A stretch of 64,000 nucleotides of DNA from Bacteroidia bacterium. GTDB lineage: Bacteria > Bacteroidota > Bacteroidia > AKYH767-A > OLB10. The notes under the pieces are model-generated. The model searched no databases and was not told the origin of the DNA. It saw only the letters and a list, made by a program, of their open reading frames with translations. Position 1 is the first letter of the stretch; each line of letters starts with the position of its first letter. Shown piece after piece: positions 9,225 to 19,340 of the stretch. Where the stretch lies: assembly GCA_037045145.1 (NCBI GenBank), contig JBAOIA010000011.1:991629-1055628 (forward strand), written 5' to 3'. The position numbers and the translations under genes were made by a program.

Positions 9225-10358
9225 ATGAAGGGTCAGGAAACATTTTTTATCAGTTGTGCGCCACATGTTGTCCCATGGATAAAACAGGAATTGGATGACT
9301 TAGGGTACAAACCTTTTGATGAAAATTATACAGGTGTGTTTATTAAAGCAGCCTTCGAACGGTGCATGGAGCTAAACTTTCAACTCACTACAGCCAGCAG
9401 AGTACTTTGGTTAGTTGATAAATTTACTGCAACAGACCAGAAACAACTATATAATAAACTTAGCCGCATCCGGTGGTCTGATTTTTTTTCAGAAAAAAAG
9501 TACATTACCATTACCTCACAAACAAATCATCCATCTATTAACAACAGCATGTTTTTGAATCAGCTTTGTAAAGATGCTGTGGTTGATTTTTTTCAAAGTC
9601 ATTATAATATACGACCCGATTCAGGCCCATTGCGTAGTGAAGTGGTAATTCATCTTCATTGGCAAGAGAATAAAGCATGGGTATATCTCGACACTTCCGG
9701 TGAACAGTTAAACAAGCATGGCTACCGTCAGAATCCTTTTAAGGCACCGGTACAGGAAAATCTGGCCGCAGCAATTATCAAAGCAACAGGATGGGATAAG
9801 AAAAGTACATTTATTAACCCTATGTGTGGTAGCGGCACCTTTGCAATTGAAGCAGCCTTGATGGCAGGAAATAGATTGCCTTTATTGGCAAGATCGAATT
9901 TTGGATACATGCACTTGTTCGATTTTAATAAGAAAAAATTTGAGTCACTTCGCAGTGAACTTATATTGAAAAGTAATTTTGACAACATGCCAGAAATCAT
10001 AGCATCTGATAATAATGGTTATGCAATAAAGGCAACACGAGAAAATGCAGAACGTGCCGGTGTTGACGCTTTTATTGAAATGACAAAATGTGATTTTACT
10101 GAAACCAAAATTCCTGAAGGTAAAGGTGTTATTGTAATTAATCCGCCTTATGGCGAAAGGCTAGGGGAGAATATGGATCTTGCGGCATTGTATCAGTCAA
10201 TTGGAGATTTTTTTAAACAGAAATGTAAGGGAAAAACAGGTTTTATCTTTACAGGTGATTTAACTCTGGCAAAGAAAGTAGGCCTACGAACTTCAGCGCG
10301 CATACCCTTCTACAATGGAACAATTGAGTGTCGCTTGCTGAAATATGATTTGTATTAA
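9225..10358 (+). CDS. THUMP-domain class I SAM-dependent RNA methyltransferase (RlmL/RlmK-like, COG0116)
   Basis: SAM-binding motif NPMCGSGTFAIEAAL and catalytic VINPPYGERLG, preceded by an N-terminal THUMP-like region. The ORF track starts at 9204 (TTG); the ATG at 9225 (MKGQETFF...) is the more likely start. Confidence 0.75.
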   Translation: MKGQETFFISCAPHVVPWIKQELDDLGYKPFDENYTGVFIKAAFERCMELNFQLTTASRVLWLVDKFTATDQKQLYNKLSRIRWSDFFSEKKYITITSQTNHPSINNSMFLNQLCKDAVVDFFQSHYNIRPDSGPLRSEVVIHLHWQENKAWVYLDTSGEQLNKHGYRQNPFKAPVQENLAAAIIKATGWDKKSTFINPMCGSGTFAIEAALMAGNRLPLLARSNFGYMHLFDFNKKKFESLRSELILKSNFDNMPEIIASDNNGYAIKATRENAERAGVDAFIEMTKCDFTETKIPEGKGVIVINPPYGERLGENMDLAALYQSIGDFFKQKCKGKTGFIFTGDLTLAKKVGLRTSARIPFYNGTIECRLLKYDLY

Positions 10359-10360
10359 AA

Positions 10361-10978
10361 TCAGGAGATAGCTTTTATCTTAACTTTAGCTTTCAGCAGA
10401 TAATTTCCGGTTATTGCTTTTAAAAAATGGTCTGAAAAAGTTTTTTTTACTTTTACCAGTAACGTTAAAGTGTCTGCAGTAGATGTTTGATTGAATGTTG
10501 CTTTATGTTGTTTGACTATTTTCAGTACCTCTGCCATATCTTCAAAAGCCATTTGAAGCTCGAACTCTTCTTCAATTTCTTTTTCAATAATAGTGTTTTG
10601 TTCAATTGCTGCTTCTGCCGCACTTCTGTATGCTTGTATCAGGCCGGGAACACCAAGTAATGTACCGCCAAAATAACGCACCACAATAATCAGAATATTT
10701 GTTAAATCATTGGATTGAATAACTCCGTAAATAGGGCGACCTGCAGTGTTGGAAGGCTCTCTGTCGTCATTCCAGCGAAAAATGTTTTTATATGCGCCTA
10801 AACGATAAGCATAACAATGATGATTGGCTTTAGGATGTTCTTTTTTTGCTTGTTCTAGAATAGATTTACATTCATTTTCCTTCTCAACATAATAAGCAAA
10901 AGCCAAAAATCTGCTGCCTTTATCTCTGAAAATACCTTCGGAGTGACCAACAATAGTTTTATAACTTGTTTCAAACAT
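10361..10978 (-). CDS. yigZ: IMPACT/YigZ family protein (UPF0029)
   Basis: Shows the KGSRFLA...HHCYAYRLG...NDDREPSNTAGRPI...VVRYFGGTLLGVPGLIQAY pattern typical of YigZ. Confidence 0.75.
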   Translation of the reverse strand: MFETSYKTIVGHSEGIFRDKGSRFLAFAYYVEKENECKSILEQAKKEHPKANHHCYAYRLGAYKNIFRWNDDREPSNTAGRPIYGVIQSNDLTNILIIVVRYFGGTLLGVPGLIQAYRSAAEAAIEQNTIIEKEIEEEFELQMAFEDMAEVLKIVKQHKATFNQTSTADTLTLLVKVKKTFSDHFLKAITGNYLLKAKVKIKAIS

Positions 10979-11839
10979 TTAGTGCGACAAAATAATGATT
11001 GCTACTACTGCCAGTATAACACCAAACCAGCTTTGTTTATTTTTGTTTTCATGAAATAAAATAATGGAGAGTAAAAAGTTTAACAACACAACACCGGAGT
11101 TGATTAAAATAAATGCTTTACCACTGTCCGCATGAAACTCCTGAAGTGCTGCAATCATATAATAAAGAGAAATAAAATTAAAGATACCTAAAATAATTCC
11201 TGCAATGATATTGCTAAATTTGTTGCCTGCTGAAGATTTGTTTTTGCTGAATAAAAGAATGCAGCTTCCAATTACTGCTGCAGAGAAAAATACTAATGAG
11301 AAGTAGCTGCTTCTACCTTCATTGTCGGTAAAAACATTTTGTGTATATTTGATTGAAGCATCAACCAAGCCTGCACCTGCAAATACCAATAAAGGTAATG
11401 TCCATCCTGACACTGAAGATTTATTGTTGCTCCCTCTTGCTGACAGATAAACTGCAGCTAATGCCATTAACAGCCCTGTTGTTTTCTGTATAGAAAAAGT
11501 TTCATCATATAAGTAAACAGCCAGTAGTGTTGGAATTACTAATGACATTTTACTGGCTATGGTTGTTGATGCAACGCCATTTTTTTGTGAAGATAAAGCA
11601 GTGAGATAAAATACGCCAATAAATAAACTCCCACTCAGAAAAAAATATGGAAAATAACTTGCTGCAAATCCGGAAATTGAACTGAAGGTTTGTTTGGAAT
11701 ACACTGTATAACAAATACCTGCCGTAAAATAATTAAATGTTAGTCCATGAATGTTGCTGATTTTAAAGCGATCGAATAGTTTAAGTATGACAAAGAGTGA
11801 TGAGGTAAACAGAACTGCCATGAAAACGGTAACTGTCAT
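10979..11839 (-). CDS. Multi-pass membrane protein, probable EamA/DMT-family transporter
   Basis: 286 aa and hydrophobic throughout, with about 10 predicted TM segments. Overlaps ribD by 4 bp. Confidence 0.45.
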   Translation of the reverse strand: MTVTVFMAVLFTSSLFVILKLFDRFKISNIHGLTFNYFTAGICYTVYSKQTFSSISGFAASYFPYFFLSGSLFIGVFYLTALSSQKNGVASTTIASKMSLVIPTLLAVYLYDETFSIQKTTGLLMALAAVYLSARGSNNKSSVSGWTLPLLVFAGAGLVDASIKYTQNVFTDNEGRSSYFSLVFFSAAVIGSCILLFSKNKSSAGNKFSNIIAGIILGIFNFISLYYMIAALQEFHADSGKAFILINSGVVLLNFLLSIILFHENKNKQSWFGVILAVVAIIILSH

Positions 11840-12885
11840 ACGTTGTAAAATAGTTTTAAAGTATCGTCTTCAATAGTTGTGATTTTTGAATGTGAAATCG
11901 AAATTTCAGGTGCTTTAATTCCACGAATTAATGATTTGGCAGCACTAAACACTCTGGCTTCGTCCCATAAATTGCTTTGAATAAAATATTGTAGCGTTTG
12001 TGCTCCACCTTCAATTATTACGGATTGAATTTTAAATTGATATAATACTTTCAGAATTTGAGTTGCCGGATTTTCCTGAAAGTTGAGTTTTACATAATCA
12101 ATGTTGTTTTCTATGGTTTCTTTTTTCTGATTTATTAAAATTGTTTTAACAGAACCATCAAGCAAATGATGTGATGTGGGAACATCTAAGTTTTTGTCAA
12201 TGACAATTCTTATTGGATTCTTGCCTTTCCAAAGTCTGGCATTCAGTTGCGGATTATCAACGATAGCAGTTTTTGTCCCAACCAATATAGCTTGTTCTTC
12301 TGTCCGCCATTTATGAGATAGTGTTTTGCTAAATGTATTACTAATAGCGTATTGTTGTTGGGCATTTTCAGGTGCTATAAAGCCATCTGCACTTTGTGCC
12401 CATTTTAAAATGATATAAGGCCTATGTTTTTCGTGAAAGGTAAAGAAACGCCTGTTTAATGTACGACATGCATCATTTAACAATGGCGCAACAACTTCAA
12501 CATTATTTTGTTGAAGAAAACTTATGCCTTTACCATTTACATCTGCATAGGTATCTATTGTGCCAACAACAACTTTCTTAATTCCTTCCTGAACAATTCG
12601 CTCACAACAAGGTGGTGTTTTGCCATAATGCGAACAGGGCTCTAATGAAACATAAAGTGTTGACAGTGGAATAAGATTTTTGTTTTCTACACTGTTTATA
12701 GCATTAATTTCTGCATGTGCTTCTCCTGCCTGTTGATGATAACCCTCGCCAATAATTTTATTTTCGAAAACAAGAACACAGCCCACCATTGGGTTGGGCG
12801 TAGTTTGCCCAAAAGCGTTGTTGGCTATTTCAAGACAACGATTCATTATTGTTTCGTGAAAGGTCATAATCATTTGTTGTTGCAA
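11836..12885 (-). CDS. ribD: Bifunctional riboflavin biosynthesis protein RibD (pyrimidine deaminase and reductase)
   Basis: N-terminal CMP/dCMP-type deaminase motif (HAEINAI...SLEPCSHYGKTPPC) and a C-terminal RibD reductase domain. Confidence 0.9.
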   Translation of the reverse strand: MQQQMIMTFHETIMNRCLEIANNAFGQTTPNPMVGCVLVFENKIIGEGYHQQAGEAHAEINAINSVENKNLIPLSTLYVSLEPCSHYGKTPPCCERIVQEGIKKVVVGTIDTYADVNGKGISFLQQNNVEVVAPLLNDACRTLNRRFFTFHEKHRPYIILKWAQSADGFIAPENAQQQYAISNTFSKTLSHKWRTEEQAILVGTKTAIVDNPQLNARLWKGKNPIRIVIDKNLDVPTSHHLLDGSVKTILINQKKETIENNIDYVKLNFQENPATQILKVLYQFKIQSVIIEGGAQTLQYFIQSNLWDEARVFSAAKSLIRGIKAPEISISHSKITTIEDDTLKLFYNV

Positions 12886-12896
12886 AATTATAATAA

Positions 12897-13760
12897 ATGA
12901 TACGTTTATTTAGTTTTGCAACAGTGTCACTAAAAGAAATCAGTAATGTTTTTCAGGCAGAGGTCGAACTAGTCTATGATAAAGGCGAAAGTTTGGCTAT
13001 AACCAGATTGGTTATGGAACATGTTTTTGGTTTAGACTACAAAACACGCAAAAGTGAAAAAGTTAATGAGTCACAGAAAACCTTACTTCGTCAATGTCTG
13101 GAGCGGCTGCGTAATAACGAACCAATACAGTATATATTAGGCCAGGCATGGTTCTGTAATCACATTTATAAGGTTAACTCAAGTGTACTTATTCCACGTC
13201 CGGAAACAGAGGAGTTAGTTTTGCTTATCAAGCATCAGCTGAAATCAGCTTGTGTCGGTTCAATTATTGAAGTAGGTACAGGTTCCGGGTGTATAGCTAT
13301 TGAGTTGTCATTATTATTTCCAAAAGCGCTGGTGAAAGCAACAGATATTTCGGCAGCGGCATTAAATGTTGCAAGGGAGAATGCTTCAGCGTTGGGGGCA
13401 TCGGTTGTATTCATTAATGAATCGGTATTTGATTCGGGTACTGAGACATTGCAATCGAAAGTTGATTTAATTGTTTCTAATCCACCTTACATTACTCAGC
13501 AGGAAGCTGCTCAAATGCTTCCCCATGTTTTGAAGTGGGAGCCGCATACGGCTTTATTTGTAAATGAAAATCCACTTGAATTTTATATTGAAATAGCTTC
13601 ACTGGCAAAGAAAATATTGAATAAGAATGGCTATATTTTTTTGGAGCTGAATCCAGCTTATGCCAGTCAGACAGCAAAGTGTTTTAAAGAAAAAGGTTTT
13701 ACGAAAGTTGAAATTCTAAAAGATATTTCAGGTAAGGAGCGTTTTTTAAAAGTGCAGTGA
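12897..13760 (+). CDS. prmC: Peptide chain release factor N5-glutamine methyltransferase PrmC/HemK
   Basis: VLIPRPETEELV, VGTGSGCIAIEL and the NPPY motif (VSNPPYI). Confidence 0.9.
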   Translation: MIRLFSFATVSLKEISNVFQAEVELVYDKGESLAITRLVMEHVFGLDYKTRKSEKVNESQKTLLRQCLERLRNNEPIQYILGQAWFCNHIYKVNSSVLIPRPETEELVLLIKHQLKSACVGSIIEVGTGSGCIAIELSLLFPKALVKATDISAAALNVARENASALGASVVFINESVFDSGTETLQSKVDLIVSNPPYITQQEAAQMLPHVLKWEPHTALFVNENPLEFYIEIASLAKKILNKNGYIFLELNPAYASQTAKCFKEKGFTKVEILKDISGKERFLKVQ

Positions 13761-13777
13761 TTAGGTTAAAAGAAAAA

Positions 13778-16615
13778 TCAGATTTCTGCACCAACTTTAA
13801 GATGCCATTCCATTTCTTTTTTCAGAAAAGTTCCTGTAATGCTGTTAGTATTTTTACTGATTTGAAGAGGTGTGCCTTCTGCAACAATATTTCCACCTTT
13901 CATGCCGCCTTCCGGACCAAGATCAATAATGTTATCGGCAGCTTTAATAATATCCATATTATGTTCTATTACCACAACCGTATTGCCTTTGTCAACTAAC
14001 TGTTGCAAAACCAGAAGTAAAATTCTTACATCTTCAAAATGCAGGCCTGTTGTTGGTTCATCAAGAATATAAAAAGTGTTGCCTGTATCTTTTTTTGAAA
14101 GTTCCGATGCTAATTTCACCCTTTGTGCCTCACCACCGGACAGGGTAGTAGATGATTGTCCTAATGTTATGTAGCCCAATCCAACGTCCTGCAAGGTTTT
14201 GATTTTATGTAAAATGGCAGGAATGTTACTGAAAAAATCAACTGCTTCATGAATACTCAGGTTAAGTACATCACTGATAGATTTACCACGATAACGAACT
14301 TCAAGTATTTCGCGTTTGTAGCGTTTGCCATTACAAGTCTCGCAATGAACATGCACATCGGGCAAAAAGTTCATGTGAATAATTTTCAAGCCGGCTCCCA
14401 AACAAGTATCACATCGGCCACCACTAACATTGAAAGAAAAAACGCCCGGAGCATAGCCTCTGATTTTTGCTTCGGGTAATTGTGCAAATAAATTTCTTAT
14501 ATCAGTGAATACTCCTGTATAGGTAGCAGGATTGCTGCGTGGTGTCCTGCCAATTGGCGATTGGTCAATTTCTATAACTTTATCAATATAATTCAAACCA
14601 TTTATCTTTTCATAAGGCAATGGTTTTTGTGTACTGTTATAAAAATGTTTGTTCAATGCAGGATAAATAGTTTCATTGACCAATGTTGATTTGCCACTTC
14701 CCGAAACACCTGTCACACAAATTAATGTTCCTAATGGAAAATGAGCAGTCACATTTTTAAGATTGTTTCCTTTAGCACCTGTGATAGTTAATTTTTTTCC
14801 GTTTCCTTTTCTGCTTTTTGAAGAAGGCATTTTAATGCCACCGCTCATATAATTCGCTGTAAGCGATTGCTGAAATTTTAATTCTTCGGGTTTGCCTACT
14901 GCGACAATTTCACCACCGTTAATACCCGCACCGGGACCAAGGTCAACCACATAATCTGCTGCTTCAATGGTTTCTCTGTCATGCTCAACAACAATGACTG
15001 TATTGCCTATGTCGCGAAGTTCTTTCAATGCTTTTATCAATCGTTCATTATCACGTTGATGCAGTCCTATAGAGGGCTCATCAAGAATATATAGCACACC
15101 CACCAACTGAGAACCAATTTGTGTTGCCAAACGAATACGTTGCGATTCTCCACCTGATAAACTTCTTGTGCTACGGTTTAAGGTAATGTAATCAAGTCCG
15201 ACATCAAGCAGAAAACCTAAACGTTTAACAATTTCTTTAAGAACTTCTGTGGCAATGATATTTTGTTTTTCATTTAGTGAAGCAGGTAGTTGCTGAAACC
15301 ATTGCTGCAATTCACCAAGGTCCATCAATGAAAGTTCGGCAATATTTTTATTGTTGAGTTTAAATGCAAGCGACTCTTTTTTAAGTCGTGCTCCTTCACA
15401 TTCGGGGCATGTAATGGTTTGCATAAAATTCAACGCCCACTTTTTGATGGAATACGTTGCATTCTCTTCCATCTGATTGACGATAAAGTTTACAATGCCT
15501 TCAAACGTTATTCCATGACTGCTTCCCGGAGTTGCATTGAGAGAAACATCATCTGTACCGTATAAAATTATGTTCAGTGCTTCATGCGGAATTTCATGAA
15601 TTGGTGTGTTCAGGTTGAAGCCAAACCTCCTGCCAATATATTCCAGTTCTCCGAATATCCAATTGTTTTTGTATTCACCCAAAGGTAAAATTCCTCCTTT
15701 GCGAATGGAAATTTTATTGTCGGGGATGATGGAGGACAAATCGGCTTCAGGTATTGTGCCAAGCCCATTACATCGCGGGCAGGCACCATAAGGAGAGTTA
15801 AAAGAAAATGTGTTTGGTGCAGGTTCATCGTATGAGATTCCTGATGTAGGACACATCAGATTACGACTGAAAAAACGAACTCTTTTTTGATCGTCAGCAA
15901 TAATCATCAATGTGTTCTTGCCAAAACGCATGGCCGTTTTCACGGTGTCATAGATTCTTTTTGTTGCTGTTTCGTTAACTTCAATTTTATCCACTACAAT
16001 TTCTATGTCATGAGTTTTGTAGCGGTCGGTTTGCATGCCTTTTTTTATTTCAGTTATCACACCATCAATTCGCACGCGAATAAAACCTGATACTCTGATT
16101 TGTTCAAACAGCTCGCGGTAATGACCTTTACGGGCTTTAACAACAGGAGCAAGCACAATAATATTTTTCTTATCAAAATCCCGAAGAATAATTTCTACAA
16201 TCTGATCATCGCTAAGCCTTACCATTTTTTCACCTGTCATGTAGGAGAAGGCCTCACCGGCACGGGCAAAAAGCAAACGCATGAAATCATAAATTTCAGT
16301 AACTGTTCCTACTGTTGAGCGTGGATTTTGATTGGTGGTTTTTTGTTCAATGCTGATAACAGGAGAGAGGCCGTTTATTTTATCTACATCGGGTCGCTCC
16401 AGGCTGCCAAGGAATTGGCGTGCATAGGCACTGAAACTTTCCATATAGCGCCTTTGTCCTTCGGCATAAATGGTGTCGAATGCCAATGACGACTTACCAC
16501 TGCCACTGAGTCCTGTAAAGACAATCAGCTTTTCACGTGGTAATACGAGGTCTATATTTTTGAGATTATGTTCCCGTGCTCCGTAAATTTCAATGCTCTC
16601 GTGCTCTGTTTGCAT
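13778..16615 (-). CDS. uvrA: Excinuclease ABC subunit A
   Basis: 945 aa. Two ABC ATPase modules (GLSGSGKSSL; GVSGSGKSTL), zinc-finger Cys clusters and the LSGGEAQR signature. The N-terminus (IEIYGAREHNLKNIDL) is typical of UvrA. Confidence 0.95.
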   Translation of the reverse strand: MQTEHESIEIYGAREHNLKNIDLVLPREKLIVFTGLSGSGKSSLAFDTIYAEGQRRYMESFSAYARQFLGSLERPDVDKINGLSPVISIEQKTTNQNPRSTVGTVTEIYDFMRLLFARAGEAFSYMTGEKMVRLSDDQIVEIILRDFDKKNIIVLAPVVKARKGHYRELFEQIRVSGFIRVRIDGVITEIKKGMQTDRYKTHDIEIVVDKIEVNETATKRIYDTVKTAMRFGKNTLMIIADDQKRVRFFSRNLMCPTSGISYDEPAPNTFSFNSPYGACPRCNGLGTIPEADLSSIIPDNKISIRKGGILPLGEYKNNWIFGELEYIGRRFGFNLNTPIHEIPHEALNIILYGTDDVSLNATPGSSHGITFEGIVNFIVNQMEENATYSIKKWALNFMQTITCPECEGARLKKESLAFKLNNKNIAELSLMDLGELQQWFQQLPASLNEKQNIIATEVLKEIVKRLGFLLDVGLDYITLNRSTRSLSGGESQRIRLATQIGSQLVGVLYILDEPSIGLHQRDNERLIKALKELRDIGNTVIVVEHDRETIEAADYVVDLGPGAGINGGEIVAVGKPEELKFQQSLTANYMSGGIKMPSSKSRKGNGKKLTITGAKGNNLKNVTAHFPLGTLICVTGVSGSGKSTLVNETIYPALNKHFYNSTQKPLPYEKINGLNYIDKVIEIDQSPIGRTPRSNPATYTGVFTDIRNLFAQLPEAKIRGYAPGVFSFNVSGGRCDTCLGAGLKIIHMNFLPDVHVHCETCNGKRYKREILEVRYRGKSISDVLNLSIHEAVDFFSNIPAILHKIKTLQDVGLGYITLGQSSTTLSGGEAQRVKLASELSKKDTGNTFYILDEPTTGLHFEDVRILLLVLQQLVDKGNTVVVIEHNMDIIKAADNIIDLGPEGGMKGGNIVAEGTPLQISKNTNSITGTFLKKEMEWHLKVGAEI

Positions 16616-16739
16616 ATAGTAATAACCTGCAAAGTTAACCTATTGCATGCTTTTATTTGGACTTGTTAATAAAAATGAAGGCGATGTTTTTTCTTGGTGC
16701 TAAATCGTCAGTATAAATTCATTGTCAGCAAATGCAACA

Positions 16740-17258
16740 TTAAAAAAACTTGTTGAGTGATGAGCCTTGCTTAAAAAAATAAAATAACAGCAATGGCAGT
16801 CCTATATTCAGATTTATCAGATAAAGCAACTCGCTGTTATGTGTCAGCTTCCAGAACCTGGCAATGTATTGTGTCGGAAACCATTCTTCAACATGAAACA
16901 CCGGGACATACCCTTCCTGCTGTGTAAAGCCAACCCGTTCTACATGACCAGACATAACAAAGTCGTATGAAAACATGAGTGCACTTTTTGATTTCTTAAA
17001 TGGTGAACTGCCAACGATAAGAGCAACATCTTTTCGTAATTCAGGATACATTTTTTTTAAACTGTCAGGAATAATCAATTCCCCTCTTTTAATGATAATA
17101 TCGGCACATTGTGGTTCGCAGAATTGCTGGGTAGCTAAAATTGTATTAGGCTCGCTGTCTTCGCGATAAGCTTTAGGTTTTTTTAATGGCAGCAACCAGT
17201 AGCCGGTAAATACTACCCATATTAAAACCAATAATTTCAAACCCCAAATCCTCATCAT
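16740..17258 (-). CDS. Hypothetical membrane-anchored protein
   Basis: 172 aa with an N-terminal TM helix (LKLLVLIWVVFTGYWLL). No recognisable domain. Confidence 0.4.
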   Translation of the reverse strand: MMRIWGLKLLVLIWVVFTGYWLLPLKKPKAYREDSEPNTILATQQFCEPQCADIIIKRGELIIPDSLKKMYPELRKDVALIVGSSPFKKSKSALMFSYDFVMSGHVERVGFTQQEGYVPVFHVEEWFPTQYIARFWKLTHNSELLYLINLNIGLPLLLFYFFKQGSSLNKFF

Positions 17259-17268
17259 TGCAAAAATA

Positions 17269-19338
17269 CTAAAACTGATACCTTACCTGTAACTTTATTT
17301 CACTTCTTTTATTATTATTTATTTCATCAAGCCCTGATCCAAATGTTTTTTGATTGGTATAAACAGTCTGTGCAAATCGGAACCATATATCCACACCTTT
17401 GGTTACTTTATAGCGAAGTGTTAAATAATAACGGAACCCGCGATTATAGAATGATGGAATAGAGTAAGAATAAAGAATGTCATTTTCAAAGGCATAAATT
17501 CTTGAATCATAGCTGTCGGTATCAAATAGTCCGTAACGTACAGAACCTGAAATAGGGGAGCTGAGTGGCTTAAATAAAATATCCTGATATATCATGAAGC
17601 CATTTTCATTGGTTTTTTCTTCATAATTAATCCTGACCCATTCAATACGATTTCTAATAGCAACAGATTTGGAAATTTTGTAGGTAAGGTTAAAGCGATA
17701 ATTGTTCTGTTTTTTAAATACAAGATAATCTGCAATGGCTTCAGCACTGCTGTTTTCTTCTTTTTGTGTTTGTCTGTTTCGGAAATAAATTTCAAATTGC
17801 CTTGATGGATTCCATGATATTTGCCATAAATATTCATAACCTTTTGAAGGTGCATCGGCACCAAAACGCAGCCATGGAAATGTAAAACGATCTAAATATC
17901 CGTTAAAACTCCAATAACGATTTGGTTTGATTACAATACCTGCATACGTTCCTTTTTCATTTCTTGTTGTACTTGACTCACCAAATCCACTTGCATATAG
18001 ATAATTAAAATCTCGAGGATAATTTCTGTTCACTACAGAAACACTAACAGTGGTCCCTAAGCTGATGATAGCACCATTGACATAAGCAATTGCACCATTA
18101 TCACTTCTTGAAAATTCTCCAAAAAAATTGATGTTTCGAAACAGCCAGCTATAATCAATGCCCACTTTGGTAAATTGTTTTCCACCGAAGTCAAAACGGT
18201 TGTAAAGCTGAAGCGAACGTTGCAAGGGTCTGTCATAGCCTGCATGAACTGTGGTTATTCCTGCCGAAAAGTTGCGTGATGTGTATCCTGCATTAACACC
18301 ATACAATTGTTCACGTATGGTATTTTTGTTTTCAAGTTCGCTTGTAGTACGATGATAACCCGACTCAATGAAGGAAGTAAAAATATCTTGTTGCTCAAAT
18401 GTTGTATCTATGATAGAACTCAGGTTGGCATCTAATTTTCTGTTGCTGTAAAAAGCATCGGCATTCCAGTTTTGTTTCCCAACAGATACGGCAACTCCTC
18501 TTTTAAAACTGGATTCGTTTAGAGATGTATAAGGCCTAATACCTGTAGAAAATTTACGAACAGCAGCAACATCAGGCGATTTTCCGAACGACAGACCTGT
18601 ACATAATGTCAATCCTTGGCCATAAAATAAATCATAGTCACCAATAACAGCACGCTTAATAATTCCGAAATCACGAATAGCTAAATGTGCAGAGTAAAAG
18701 TCAAAACCATTTTTTTGCGAGCCTTTAAAAAATTCTTCCCCCTGATCTTTTTCTGCTGTTAAGTTAAAACTAAATCTTTGCTTGTAGCGATACTGATATT
18801 GTGTATATAGTTTCCATGGGCTTCCGGGATAGGCAGGATGAACCTTGTCTGATGCAGTGCTGTCGCGAAATCCTTTTTGTTTTTCGAGATAACGTTGACC
18901 ACGAACAATAAGCCTGCTGTTGCCATCAGTAAATATTTTTTTAAAAGTTGTTTTAATGTCCTCTGTGTTTCCAACCGTCACATAAGGTAAAATTTCTTCA
19001 ATGTCTTCTAATGAAAGAAAGTCTATCGACTGAAGTTCGTATAAAGAAATAAATTTTCCTGAAATTTCACGGTGTTCAATGATAGCATCTGCCTGCACCT
19101 CGCTAAACAATCCTGTCTGTAACAAATCTTCACGAGTTGCTTTATTCAGATTTATTGGGTTGGCAGCTAATTGCTGAAGTTGCTCTGTCAGCTCAGTCAG
19201 GTCAGCAGACTCATCTGCTGTATTTGCAATATTCTCAACTTTCTCTTCAATCTTGCTGTCGTCTTGTGGCGGAACTACCTGAGCAACTGTAATGTTGAAG
19301 AATAATAGTGAAATAAAAAGCAGTTGAATTGTTTTCAT
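17269..19338 (-). CDS. Outer-membrane protein with an N-terminal ComEA-like helix-hairpin-helix domain fused to a large beta-barrel-like C-terminal region
   Basis: Signal peptide MKTIQLLFISLLFFNITVAQ. The HhH region (INLNKATREDLLQTGLFSEVQADAIIEHREISGKFISLYELQSIDFLSLEDIEEI) resembles the ComEA DNA-binding module. About 550 aa of alternating aromatic/hydrophilic beta-strand pattern follows, ending in ...LQVRYQF with a C-terminal Phe, as in OM beta-barrels. Confidence 0.6.
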   Translation of the reverse strand: MKTIQLLFISLLFFNITVAQVVPPQDDSKIEEKVENIANTADESADLTELTEQLQQLAANPINLNKATREDLLQTGLFSEVQADAIIEHREISGKFISLYELQSIDFLSLEDIEEILPYVTVGNTEDIKTTFKKIFTDGNSRLIVRGQRYLEKQKGFRDSTASDKVHPAYPGSPWKLYTQYQYRYKQRFSFNLTAEKDQGEEFFKGSQKNGFDFYSAHLAIRDFGIIKRAVIGDYDLFYGQGLTLCTGLSFGKSPDVAAVRKFSTGIRPYTSLNESSFKRGVAVSVGKQNWNADAFYSNRKLDANLSSIIDTTFEQQDIFTSFIESGYHRTTSELENKNTIREQLYGVNAGYTSRNFSAGITTVHAGYDRPLQRSLQLYNRFDFGGKQFTKVGIDYSWLFRNINFFGEFSRSDNGAIAYVNGAIISLGTTVSVSVVNRNYPRDFNYLYASGFGESSTTRNEKGTYAGIVIKPNRYWSFNGYLDRFTFPWLRFGADAPSKGYEYLWQISWNPSRQFEIYFRNRQTQKEENSSAEAIADYLVFKKQNNYRFNLTYKISKSVAIRNRIEWVRINYEEKTNENGFMIYQDILFKPLSSPISGSVRYGLFDTDSYDSRIYAFENDILYSYSIPSFYNRGFRYYLTLRYKVTKGVDIWFRFAQTVYTNQKTFGSGLDEINNNKRSEIKLQVRYQF

Positions 19339-19340
19339 GA

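Noticed and set aside
12715-16318. ORFs 12715..12900(+), 13492..13677(-), 13757..13999(+), 13872..14072(+), 14249..14479(+), 15606..15828 (both strands), 15887..16318(+)
   Set aside because: They are antisense or out-of-frame within ribD, prmC and uvrA, whose identities are certain, so they are spurious.
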